Shown here: piece after piece, positions 45,801 through 52,452 of the stretch
Numbering within the stretch: position 1 is the stretch's first letter
Layout: every line of letters begins with the position of its first letter
Source of the DNA: a virus
Taxonomy: Duplodnaviria; Caudoviricetes
Direction: 5' to 3' (one strand)
DNA length: 52,452 nucleotides
IMG/VR virus record: IMGVR_UViG_3300010358_000003
Coordinates: 1 to 52,452 of that record
The notes under the pieces: generated by a model
What the model saw: the letters and a program-made list of their open reading frames with translations, nothing else
Told to the model about the DNA's origin: nothing
Databases searched by the model: none
Program-made: the position numbers and the translations under genes

Positions 45801-46498
45801 GCGAAATCACGATTTGGATCACCCATCTGCTGAGTCAAGAACGCTGTCGCCCCGCCCGCAACTGCCTGCGTTGCGGCACCGTGAGCAATGCCGCGCATGA
45901 TCCCCTTACCAAAGAGTGACTCTACCCGCCCCGGCAAAAATCCTTGTAGAGCTGCTTCTGGCACGCCGAGCGCCAATGCCTTACCTGGCTCAGTAAGTTC
46001 TCCGCTATAGTCGATCTGCCTCTGAACGTTCTCACCAGCCGCGGGCAAGAACGCCGCTCCTGTCGCACCAAGCAAGCGCAACCGCGCTGCAGCCGACAGT
46101 CCAGCAACTGCGGCACCCGCAGCTTCCTCTGGCGCCGCAAGCGCCGCCAGGGCTCCGCCGCCAATCATCGCGGCTCCCATCGGCACCATCTTCGCAATGG
46201 TGTAAGGAAGCCCGGTTAGCGACCAAGGGTGCTCCTCCAGGTCTGGCCGCTCGAATGTTTGCTCAGTCTGGTACTGTCGCTCAGCCCAATCACCAATAGC
46301 GTTAGCTGCATCAGTCGCACCAAACAGCTGAGCGCCAGCCTGGAGCCCACGTGCTCCCGCCGAAAGTCCACCATAAAAACCAGCCCCAAGACCAGAGGTA
46401 AGCCAGTTACTGGTATTTGGCGGCGTTCCCGGACTTGTCGACATGTCCGGGAACGGCGCCAGGTAAGTCGAGAACGAAGAAAAATCTGCGGGCATCAT
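39854..46498 (-). CDS. Large internal virion/ejection (polyvalent-type) protein
   Basis: 2214 aa; zincin-like HEAAH...EMVSEAF; PLxRFG-like YFHLGRDG; PT/PA linker. Confidence 0.75.
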   Translation of the reverse strand: MMPADFSSFSTYLAPFPDMSTSPGTPPNTSNWLTSGLGAGFYGGLSAGARGLQAGAQLFGATDAANAIGDWAERQYQTEQTFERPDLEEHPWSLTGLPYTIAKMVPMGAAMIGGGALAALAAPEEAAGAAVAGLSAAARLRLLGATGAAFLPAAGENVQRQIDYSGELTEPGKALALGVPEAALQGFLPGRVESLFGKGIMRGIAHGAATQAVAGGATAFLTQQMGDPNRDFADRASEIVSQALGGAGLGALMGGVAGALHKNVATPPGDVDLVKATDPIKQLWIPIESLPPEELMRRLNDLAPQRTPEGKTEADYKFGRLYEEVKRRNAAAAQPPEAEPPPTAPPAGPPQITYRPGETPIEMPSPLQGVPSGEILGRIDTLMREHRTQATVEELRLLNAEMQRREAATAAAKAAEPPPQGLLPPPATRETIPLQGMSPQELMTRFHAVQENLAINPQDEAMLRASEMLGQEFERRAAGVAPPAPEVPLGSEKAPAGVLGGPPREPPAVGAPAVGAVPAAQPPVLDFTGRFLQKGSDEVLAQAAASPESWFAAKQQLLAELVANGDRKLRAGLKTFGKAFDLLTEDGTKLRPEFRPEAQQPPPEPGAPPTPTPTPTPTPTPAPAPAPAPAPDLQSARDAGINDVRKGLLGTKAAAGSEILTSGTPEQRQAYSDGIREGIGGPKGTPATPVTDKAPIETAEDRLAAVNGAQAVADKLPESPAKKRLNDEAETVIKMSLLADNNPGLAEKANVRAKRLQDEAAAMAQRPGGHVSPDLEPTPRSDAVQAPEIDIEKALSAARQKLKELGSKLDINRPDVAAAYQAHTDWLASITKAPPGPEALARVLANDPETLGIGLRKLKGSVSQGKAVSNYLGAQHEPVLQWLQKNSIEDDPGSRARVIASRDGLSVSQLAADVTDQHLRGVLLHDAVGHIIENTPDAEEAGLAAKLYQAMPKDIKTGFRDDVLDKEGEYFPKSKTSMLYNAGSAVATTLHEAAHSVFHKVLDGTSAAAQEMHGIYEQLKSTGDQAGITDAHEMVSEAFANSVYRDFLKSKFVQGTSLWDRLIDAGRSALGLDPRLYNAFDRIMSLGDDLIKERDQFPNDAYVGPDSFARNLGSKASANAGDQARESTIQQLANAFRAGASAGGFDMRNAIRKGSFGWTDSYRLGQLYGDAIASMRPYLEALSRGEAREGALYKGSQMARTLVNTLSEDGKDLVHSIMADATFYGMDPRKPAPQDIQDTPGRLKIYQELADKWDQLKTMTRIVDSVTGKVDPMSGGEKVYEALRAKASADLHAVLTDRLQTAERVLGPGYNMRDVFKDFDQRTDIHTDPTKTEKFFKDAVTAKQKSLSEYRDKLANTKVMVGGTEVPLDKAIEVKEATIASLRKEGKTSGEDYIKELQDLRDQRADIKDKVGKTNAILDEVQNRRDAAAKAPYFHLGRDGNYFITAKLFTNPDGSIDKEKLAQFNEHLDANGFHNIALMLNGENNTMYTRVKSPSEMRELTKVVKEAQNKGLLSQGEKDVGAGEATHVFETIAPAAMRRAVGEMIASRPKDLEGVDEGTTEQMNEAFGNQVADLQRTLLNTMAENSIGRLMTRRANVQGFSRDMSESANYASQVMSRSLGRITMADEVGILSKQMANEVHDLNHTQPGTNTALAASQAVSELMLRERLRSTYVPPTMLDAIRHLSHTIHVGSSPVYFLTLMSQLMTTAYPELAKTHGYGMAAKAMWNNGGKAIAIVKAIMASPDWNTAGITRDALETDYAKSLGITAQDVDKVMGMVSRGVMGTAMYSTQMTEHSNLGHVIPNTMLKAANAMGLYAELFPRLVTGLAAHDLYAKTGYIDPKTGVQMPVERFVDRAINDSQGNWDASLNARQTSRGGNFGAYSPLINQFMGWQIRMTGKIYQEVHDYFKGNEQASAEAKRWLIGHGAATTMFAGVLGLPLLSLASSVFDQVLNLATNRDDWDLTAAFRSWMSDLMGKDMGEIIARGLPRAVGIDLAHLGEAGIVPGTSSLTYMFEKRKLEDKERDWFKSMGGAGVGDLFNVVSMARDFMNGDYLNGGIKAAPEILKAPLEAWRLGERGFVNNLTGQPLPITANGWDIAKTFMGLDPGKYAEYEEVRRESQGLTTMRELNSSNIVRHLEQAYMRGDRGMFNDWMNEAGKWQIDHPGLMPPQASFGRELATHMRASAYARGMGLPIGVTPRDIGERGALRYGNIPVQ
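44606..44678. repeat. 6-bp coding repeats (Pro-Thr then Pro-Ala)
   Basis: AGGTGC/AGGCGC followed by (AGGCGT)n on the + strand. Confidence 0.85.
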
Positions 46499-46500
46499 TC

Positions 46501-47523
46501 TTACCTAATAAGATCTGGGTCTATAGGTGCGAAACCTCTTTGCGTTATCCCGCCATACTGCTTGCCGTACTCCATAAAGTCATTGATTGCTTTTACTCTC
46601 TGCGCCTCCAGCGCATCAATAGCAGCTTTATTCTTCACCTTGTCCTGAGCCTCCAGCGCCGCTTTATCGGCAGTAAACTTGTTAATCTTCGCACCCACAG
46701 TGTTAAAGATTTGTCTCGCTACCTGCTCCTGCGTGGTCATCCCTGCCGCTCGTTGGATGTAAGGCCCGAACAATGCCAATGCGGTCCTCGTCGGCATCTT
46801 GGACACGGCATCAACGAACTCAGCGTCCGAGTATTGATGATGATCAGTAGCAAGATGTGCGTCCTCTGGTGAAACGTTATTTTGAATTATAGTATTCGCA
46901 GTTTTAGTAGGATTAGCTACAGATCTGCCGTTGATACCATTAGGATCATTCGCAGCCGCATGAGCAGCCGCTGACGCCTGTATCATCTGCTGAAATTGTG
47001 GAAGCTGTATCGTATTCGCATAACTAACCGGATCATGCTCGGCCATACTTATTTCATCAGGATTGTTCATCAAATGCTGCTGTATCGCCGGATTATTAAA
47101 TGTGTTTGCCGCCTCTATCCGGTCGTTGATAACTTTATCCGAAGTAGCATTACCGCCAAAGAAATTTATTACTCGTTCAATACCCAACGGCCCCTGCTGA
47201 AGCCTACCAATTCTAGCAGCTTTCTCCTGATCATTCATGAATCCTGCTAGCGCACGCGTCGCTGCTGACGATTGAGGATTGTCCAATGCGCCGCTGTAAT
47301 CACCAGAAAACAACTGACTGGCACCGCTAGGCGGTCCTACTGTTGACACTGGTACTTGCGCCGCCCGTCCTCGCATGCCAATCGCATCGCCAAGCATCTG
47401 ACGAAATGCTGTAAGTCCAGATACAGGTGCTGGAGCCGGAGTAGGTACCTGCGATGCATCTGGTGCCGACACATCAGGTGTGCCGTCTGCATAACGCGCT
47501 ACGCCGCGCTTGAGCGGTGCCAT
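46501..47523 (-). CDS. Putative internal virion protein
   Basis: GAGG SD before ATG 47523; A/Q-rich; adjacent to the large ejection protein. Confidence 0.65.
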   Translation of the reverse strand: MAPLKRGVARYADGTPDVSAPDASQVPTPAPAPVSGLTAFRQMLGDAIGMRGRAAQVPVSTVGPPSGASQLFSGDYSGALDNPQSSAATRALAGFMNDQEKAARIGRLQQGPLGIERVINFFGGNATSDKVINDRIEAANTFNNPAIQQHLMNNPDEISMAEHDPVSYANTIQLPQFQQMIQASAAAHAAANDPNGINGRSVANPTKTANTIIQNNVSPEDAHLATDHHQYSDAEFVDAVSKMPTRTALALFGPYIQRAAGMTTQEQVARQIFNTVGAKINKFTADKAALEAQDKVKNKAAIDALEAQRVKAINDFMEYGKQYGGITQRGFAPIDPDLIR

Positions 47524-47524
47524 G

Positions 47525-48304
47525 TCAGTACCTCTCATAAGACCATCCATTACGACCGAAGCCCCACTGCAACGGCCGGAACATCTTCGACTGCGCGTCC
47601 CGCTTCATGTCGCTGATCGCATCATCGAACGCAGCGCGGAACTCCTTGGCACGATCCCACGCACCACCGCCAGCAACATCGAGGTCAACCCCACGCAGCG
47701 CCAAGTACGCCGCCCAGTTTAGACTGTCCATATGATGCTCTTCCGGAATCTCAGGATAAGCATCCGGCTGACTGATGCTCAACGCCGTAAGCGGCAAACG
47801 CGCAACACGCATGTTGCCAATAACGTTATCGTACGGTGTCAAGGGTATCGGGTATAGCCGCAACTGAATTGCTCTCGAAGACCCGTTTGTATCCTGGATC
47901 ACACCCTCGTCCGTCGACCACGCCAATGGTTTACCTGGCGGCATCTGCGCGAGCTGCGCCGGATCAAAGAAATAAGTATCAGGCTGGCGGTACGTATCAA
48001 AATCGGCGTGTCCTGCGCGAGCCAGATCGGCCCGATCTCCGGTCATTCGCACAGAGATTACGCTGACAACATGAGGATCGAGCGTATAAAACTGCTGGTT
48101 GGATATCGTCGTAAACTGACAAATACTCGGCGTCACTGCATCGCGGATGCATTTAGTTTGCCGAGCAAACCGATTCACACCTTCGTTGATGTACCGAATC
48201 AGCCCCGTGTCAGACCACAGATAATCCGACGCACCGGCGACCTGATCGGAGACATCCCGAAGCATGTGATGTCGCAGCTCCGCCAGCATTTCATCGGTGC
48301 GCAT
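47525..48304 (-). CDS. Head-tail adaptor-like protein
   Basis: AGGAGG SD; LRD...YLWSD..LIRYINEG; PEIPEEHH..L..WAAY. Confidence 0.7.
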   Translation of the reverse strand: MRTDEMLAELRHHMLRDVSDQVAGASDYLWSDTGLIRYINEGVNRFARQTKCIRDAVTPSICQFTTISNQQFYTLDPHVVSVISVRMTGDRADLARAGHADFDTYRQPDTYFFDPAQLAQMPPGKPLAWSTDEGVIQDTNGSSRAIQLRLYPIPLTPYDNVIGNMRVARLPLTALSISQPDAYPEIPEEHHMDSLNWAAYLALRGVDLDVAGGGAWDRAKEFRAAFDDAISDMKRDAQSKMFRPLQWGFGRNGWSYERY

Positions 48305-48312
48305 AGTTCCTC

Positions 48313-48480
48313 CTACAACGACCACCGCCGACCACTTTCGCGCATTGCTTTCACTAACACAGCGGCAATTTCTTGTGCGAACGCATCAGGTAATCTCAAT
48401 ACCGTTTGCAGCCTCTCAACCATAAAATCACGAAGCTCATGCGCCTCACAAACACGTTCAGCTTGATTGTCACTACCCAC
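48313..48480 (-). CDS. 55-aa hypothetical protein, not in the ORF track
   Basis: GTG-start ORF that exactly fills the gap between 48304 and 48481. Confidence 0.4.
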   Translation of the reverse strand: MGSDNQAERVCEAHELRDFMVERLQTVLRLPDAFAQEIAAVLVKAMRESGRRWSL

Positions 48481-48822
48481 TTAATCGACTCTACGATATG
48501 GAAACCTCAATCGCTGACGATAGCCCGTGACTTGTTGAGTCTGCGGACTAATGATCGGCACCGAGATGACAGCGTCATTCAAGACGCTGAGCACCTCTTG
48601 CGGCACGGATGCTTCGACACCAGCCATCAACAAATATGGCCGGCCATTGGCCGAGATAAACAACCCAGTCGGCGGGATCGAGGTGTCTTCCTCCAGAATA
48701 ACCTTAAACCGCTTGGCGGTCTGCACCGGAGGTGACACCACCGGAGCAGGTGCATCAGATATCGTAGAGCGCGCGTTACGCGGTGTTATTGTCTCAGTAT
48801 CCTCAGGAAGCGCAGTGCTCAT
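48481..48822 (-). CDS. Hypothetical protein downstream of the capsid cluster
   Basis: 113 aa; NG..Y....GVE..VP.EV..VL..A motif. Confidence 0.7.
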   Translation of the reverse strand: MSTALPEDTETITPRNARSTISDAPAPVVSPPVQTAKRFKVILEEDTSIPPTGLFISANGRPYLLMAGVEASVPQEVLSVLNDAVISVPIISPQTQQVTGYRQRLRFPYRRVD

Positions 48823-49115
48823 TCGTCATCATCCTCTTCAGCTTCATCTTCATCGACCGCCATGTCAAAGCTGGTATCAAAGTCGTCCCCCTTGGGCGGT
48901 ATGATCTTGTCAAGATTCTTGGTGAGAAACTTGATGACATCCTCCTCATCGTCAAAGACGAACTGTCGCTCAGGATTCTGCCAGGCCCCCTTAGATTTCT
49001 CGTTCTTAGCGCGAATCTCCGGATCGTCCATACAGACAACGAACCCATTCTGTGCACGTTCGATACGTATGCTGTTCATCACGTTCATCCTTGGCGCGTT
49101 GGCTGACTCTATCAC
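48819..49115 (-). CDS. Acidic hypothetical protein
   Basis: IRIERAQNGF...FVF; overlaps both neighbours. Confidence 0.7.
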   Translation of the reverse strand: MIESANAPRMNVMNSIRIERAQNGFVVCMDDPEIRAKNEKSKGAWQNPERQFVFDDEEDVIKFLTKNLDKIIPPKGDDFDTSFDMAVDEDEAEEDDDE

Positions 49116-50335
49116 CGTGAAGCGCTTCCCTGAAGCACCATCCCGCTCCGGCGCCCATACAGAGCTATGACCGGCTCGAGGACCTGGACGCTATACGCAT
49201 TACCGACACCAGCAGCCGAGCCAACGCCAAACACCACATGCGGCGTCTGCCCGAACATACGCCCGACACCATTAGCCTGCCCGACCGAGAACATCATGCC
49301 GGAGGTCGAGCTGATCGCTGCCGCGTCGCCGATACTAGGAGCCTGGCCGAGAAAACCAGCAGCAGCCCCAACGACGCCAAGCCCTACGGCGTTACCAGTG
49401 GCCTGGACGATAGCACTGCCAACCCCCACCGCCGTGCCCATCCCGCCAGCACGCGCGACGACGGCGCCGAAAGCTGCCGCGATCCCGGCTCCTTGACCTA
49501 CGGCATTGCCCACCGCGGCAACCAACGCCAGGCTAGTAGCACCCGCGGTGCCAGTCGCACTGGCTTGCGCCCCACCAACCTCCGGCATGACAGCGAAAGC
49601 GCTACCGGCACCGATCGCTAGACCAGTCGAGTCAGCCTCGAAAGCATACTCCGCAAAGGCGTTCCCGTAGCCATTGGCGATCCCGACAGCACCATAACCA
49701 GAGACACCCAGCGCCCCGCCAAAGCCAGCGGCGGAGCCTGCCACCCCAGCCTGAGACACGCCCGCCGCATCGCCATAACCAGCCGCATAGCCCGACACAC
49801 CTGACATGGACGGCGCCACGGCATGCCCGATACCAGTGGCGTTGGCCACGCCGCTAGCCAGAACCAGAACCGCAGACGCTCCCTCGGCACCGCCGGCTCC
49901 ACTCGCCGTGGCAAAGCCGGCGGACCCGCGAACACTCGACGCGTGCGCTGCCCCAACCCCACTTGCCTGACCTTTAGCCTTCTTCTGCTTACCACCGGGG
50001 GTGGTGCTGTAAGCAAAGGCGACGCCGGTGCCGGTCGCGAGCCCGATCGAGACCAAATACCCGCTGCCAGTCGCATAAGCAGCACCGATGCCAGCAGCAG
50101 TTCCTACTATCAACGTACCAACGGAAGCTACGCCGGACGCCGCGCCAATGCCGGCCGCTTGGCCTGGCCGAGCTAGCACTGCGGTACCGACTGCCGCAGC
50201 GCTGCCTACGCCAACCGCACTACCAAGCGCCGACACCGTCACGACGTCGGTCGTGATCGTATCTACGACCACGCCACTGCTGTGACCAAAATTATCTGTG
50301 AAAATGACAAGCCCAATGCCGCCAATGAGCGCCAT
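49112..50335 (-). CDS. Gly/Ala-rich repetitive virion (fibre-like) protein
   Basis: 407 aa of GxAxGxGxA repeats. Confidence 0.7.
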   Translation of the reverse strand: MALIGGIGLVIFTDNFGHSSGVVVDTITTDVVTVSALGSAVGVGSAAAVGTAVLARPGQAAGIGAASGVASVGTLIVGTAAGIGAAYATGSGYLVSIGLATGTGVAFAYSTTPGGKQKKAKGQASGVGAAHASSVRGSAGFATASGAGGAEGASAVLVLASGVANATGIGHAVAPSMSGVSGYAAGYGDAAGVSQAGVAGSAAGFGGALGVSGYGAVGIANGYGNAFAEYAFEADSTGLAIGAGSAFAVMPEVGGAQASATGTAGATSLALVAAVGNAVGQGAGIAAAFGAVVARAGGMGTAVGVGSAIVQATGNAVGLGVVGAAAGFLGQAPSIGDAAAISSTSGMMFSVGQANGVGRMFGQTPHVVFGVGSAAGVGNAYSVQVLEPVIALYGRRSGMVLQGSASR

Positions 50336-50338
50336 AGC

Positions 50339-50773
50339 TCACACGCGCAGCCGGGCCGCGTCCATCCGAGCCTTGATCACATCTGGATCATGCACACCGT
50401 CGGCGTAACACTCCAGCACTGCGTTGCTCATTGCCTTCTCGATGGCGCGCGCTCGCGACACGCTCGTCTCTGACATTGCCTTGACGGCAATACCAACCGC
50501 CTTGACCTCATGCGGATAAAGCCGGGCCGCCTTCGGCTTCAACCAGTCAGGCAGCGCTGATGGTAAACTACGCTCGGCGAGCCAGGAATGCGAGTAACAA
50601 CGCAGACGCACCGGAATAGTCCCAGCTGCCGTACGGGCATAGTGGATCGTCACCAGTGCTTCTTCGTTATTCTTTGGCTGGGGTAAATGCGGTGAAACCT
50701 TGAACCACAGATCACAAATCCCGACAACGTCGAATTCAATCAGACATCGTCGGAATGCATCTGCATAATTCAT
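50339..50773 (-). CDS. Hypothetical protein
   Basis: 144 aa, tightly packed in the operon. Confidence 0.7.
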   Translation of the reverse strand: MNYADAFRRCLIEFDVVGICDLWFKVSPHLPQPKNNEEALVTIHYARTAAGTIPVRLRCYSHSWLAERSLPSALPDWLKPKAARLYPHEVKAVGIAVKAMSETSVSRARAIEKAMSNAVLECYADGVHDPDVIKARMDAARLRV

Positions 50774-51211
50774 TCATTGCAACGTGATTGTAGTGGCTGT
50801 GGTTAAAACCGGCGTCACGCCCGAGCCCGACACGATGTTCGGCGTGACCGTGCCGCCCCAAAGGATCGGCGTCGCGCCGCCGCCAGTCTTACCGGTCGAA
50901 AAGTTGGTCACCGTGCCGGCGCCGCCAGTCCCAGCCGGGAACGTAATGTTAGAGACCGGTGACATGCTTGCAGGACCGGCTCCCGTAATCGTCCAACCGC
51001 CCACCGTGCGTGGCACGCTCGCACGCGCGTAACCCGTATAGGCAACCTCGCTGGTCGATTGAGTGCCACCTGTGCCCGGGTCAGCCGTATGCAACGCGAT
51101 CGAGATGTTGGTCTGAGGTGTACCCGCAGCGTTGTCCGCATAGTTCGCCCAGGCCACAGCCTGATAGATCAGCTGCAGGATTGCAGTCTCGGTCGTACCG
51201 GCAATGGCCAT
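50774..51211 (-). CDS. Small tail/head-fibre-associated structural protein
   Basis: ALHTADPG...YTGYARASV...FP; paralog of 36333..36767. Confidence 0.75.
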   Translation of the reverse strand: MAIAGTTETAILQLIYQAVAWANYADNAAGTPQTNISIALHTADPGTGGTQSTSEVAYTGYARASVPRTVGGWTITGAGPASMSPVSNITFPAGTGGAGTVTNFSTGKTGGGATPILWGGTVTPNIVSGSGVTPVLTTATTITLQ

Positions 51212-51214
51212 CGA

Positions 51215-51607
51215 TCAGCCCTGAACGTGGAAGCAGATCACCTTGCCAGTGCCGACCAACGCGGCGGACAGGGTGACGTTGGTGTTGCCTGCCGGATCGG
51301 AGGTGACCGTAATGGCGCCTGTGGTGTCGACCGCCAAAGCAGCCGCCGAAGATTTCATGGTGTTGGTCGCTGGCATGCCCAACTGCCATTTCCACATCAA
51401 CACACCAGTCACATCGGTGATCTCGACCTGCAGCGCCTGGAACCCGCAGTTGATCTGCACCGCATTACCAGCACTCGTAAAGAAACCAAAGACGTCAGCC
51501 GACGCCGTATTGGCCTGAATACAGTTACCGATCAGATTCCCCGGCCCGATATACGTCGGCGGGAAGGCGGTCGTATGCAGTGAGGCATCGATAATTTGTG
51601 TAGGCAT
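51215..51607 (-). CDS. Putative capsid decoration/minor head protein
   Basis: 130 aa, GGGAG SD, beta-rich; near the capsid gene. Confidence 0.55.
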   Translation of the reverse strand: MPTQIIDASLHTTAFPPTYIGPGNLIGNCIQANTASADVFGFFTSAGNAVQINCGFQALQVEITDVTGVLMWKWQLGMPATNTMKSSAAALAVDTTGAITVTSDPAGNTNVTLSAALVGTGKVICFHVQG

Positions 51608-51687
51608 AGGTAGCTCCCTATTAAGTAGGACTACGATCTCTCGATATCCACACCCGTTTTCCGTTACGAACTACCCATGTTCATTCT

Positions 51688-52167
51688 TCACTTTGCCTTA
51701 GCCGGCGTGACTGTGACGTCGATCTTGCCCACAGCGGGCTTACCAGTCTCGATCACCATAATCTCGGTCGCTGCCTCTGCCGTCGCGCCGCTCTCGGTAA
51801 CGACACTAACCTGGATCGGCGCGCGCCCGGGCCCGGTCGCCGTCAAGTTCGCCGTCGTCGGATCAGATGGAGTGCCAGACACCTCCGGTGGCGGAGTGAC
51901 CGTCACCGGCCCCATCGACGTCCATGTGGATGACACGATCTTGACATCGCCGCCTGACTCGTCCGTGAAGCTCACCTTCGCAATTCCGATGTCGCCAACG
52001 TTCATCTGCGGGCGAGGCGGCGCATCCTTAGGTGCTGACGCGGCCTGCTTGATACGAGCATCGTACTGCTCGGGTGTCACTGCCACCACAAACGGTATCG
52101 TTGCGGGCTCAGTCTTGCGCGGGTCAGCCTTGGACTGCTCGTGCTGCGCCTGATGCTGGTTGGTCAC
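51688..52167 (-). CDS. Ig-like hypothetical virion protein
   Basis: GGAGGAG SD with GTG start; T/V/P-rich beta pattern. Confidence 0.6.
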   Translation of the reverse strand: MTNQHQAQHEQSKADPRKTEPATIPFVVAVTPEQYDARIKQAASAPKDAPPRPQMNVGDIGIAKVSFTDESGGDVKIVSSTWTSMGPVTVTPPPEVSGTPSDPTTANLTATGPGRAPIQVSVVTESGATAEAATEIMVIETGKPAVGKIDVTVTPAKAK

Positions 52168-52205
52168 TAGAAATCTCCTCCAAACCCATTATGACGTGCT
52201 CACCA

Positions 52206-52452
52206 TTACGCCGTGGCAGTGACCTCCAAACGAGCCATGAACGCATCCTGCAAGATCACAGTCCCCGTGTAGAGCTTCCAACCGCAGGTACCTCTTTGCG
52301 CTAGCGGATCACCAGGGGCCGGCTTGGGGTTGACCACCATCGGAGTCATGCTCGACTTGCCCTTGAGCGGAACCAACCCAAAGGCGTCACGCCCAAAGTA
52401 GAGCACAGGGTAGACGTCCCAGTTCACGCCGCCGGTCGAGCGATAAGTCGTC
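52206..52452 (-). CDS. Major capsid protein, N4-gp56 family (3' end only; gene runs beyond the window)
   Basis: DVYPVLYFGRDAFG.VPL.G...P...DPLAQRGTCGWK....VIL...M.RLEV.A C-terminus. Confidence 0.85.
   Translation of the reverse strand, partial: TTYRSTGGVNWDVYPVLYFGRDAFGLVPLKGKSSMTPMVVNPKPAPGDPLAQRGTCGWKLYTGTVILQDAFMARLEVTATA

Overview
The window is about 52 kb of a tailed dsDNA bacteriophage genome, probably podovirus-like. The host is likely alphaproteobacterial/rhizobial, which is inferred only from the VPGP-type PEP-CTERM-like tails. There are two convergent arms. The + strand arm (1-27205) holds early/accessory genes, a MoxR AAA + VWA/metallopeptidase module and a replication module (family A DNA polymerase, MTase, DEDD exonuclease, XRE HTH, PD-(D/E)XK nuclease, VRR-NUC, SNF2 helicase, SSB-like protein, primase-helicase). 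The - strand arm (27214-52452) holds virion genes, an endolysin, a 2214-aa ejection-type protein and the 3' end of an N4-gp56-family major capsid gene. No terminase, portal, integrase, tRNA or CRISPR was seen. The most striking observation is a 304-aa intein in the VWA/metallopeptidase gene that has no endonuclease in its own frame, while a complete single-motif LAGLIDADG endonuclease gene with its own start and stop is overprinted inside it in the +1 frame. Also notable: a 21-bp palindrome (GGTGTCACA-N3-TGTGACACC) in 7 copies plus one symmetric variant, two phage-encoded PEP-CTERM-like surface proteins, an origin-like inverted-repeat/iteron region, and a lone inverted structural-type gene. 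All family assignments come from motif recognition by eye; no database searches were run.
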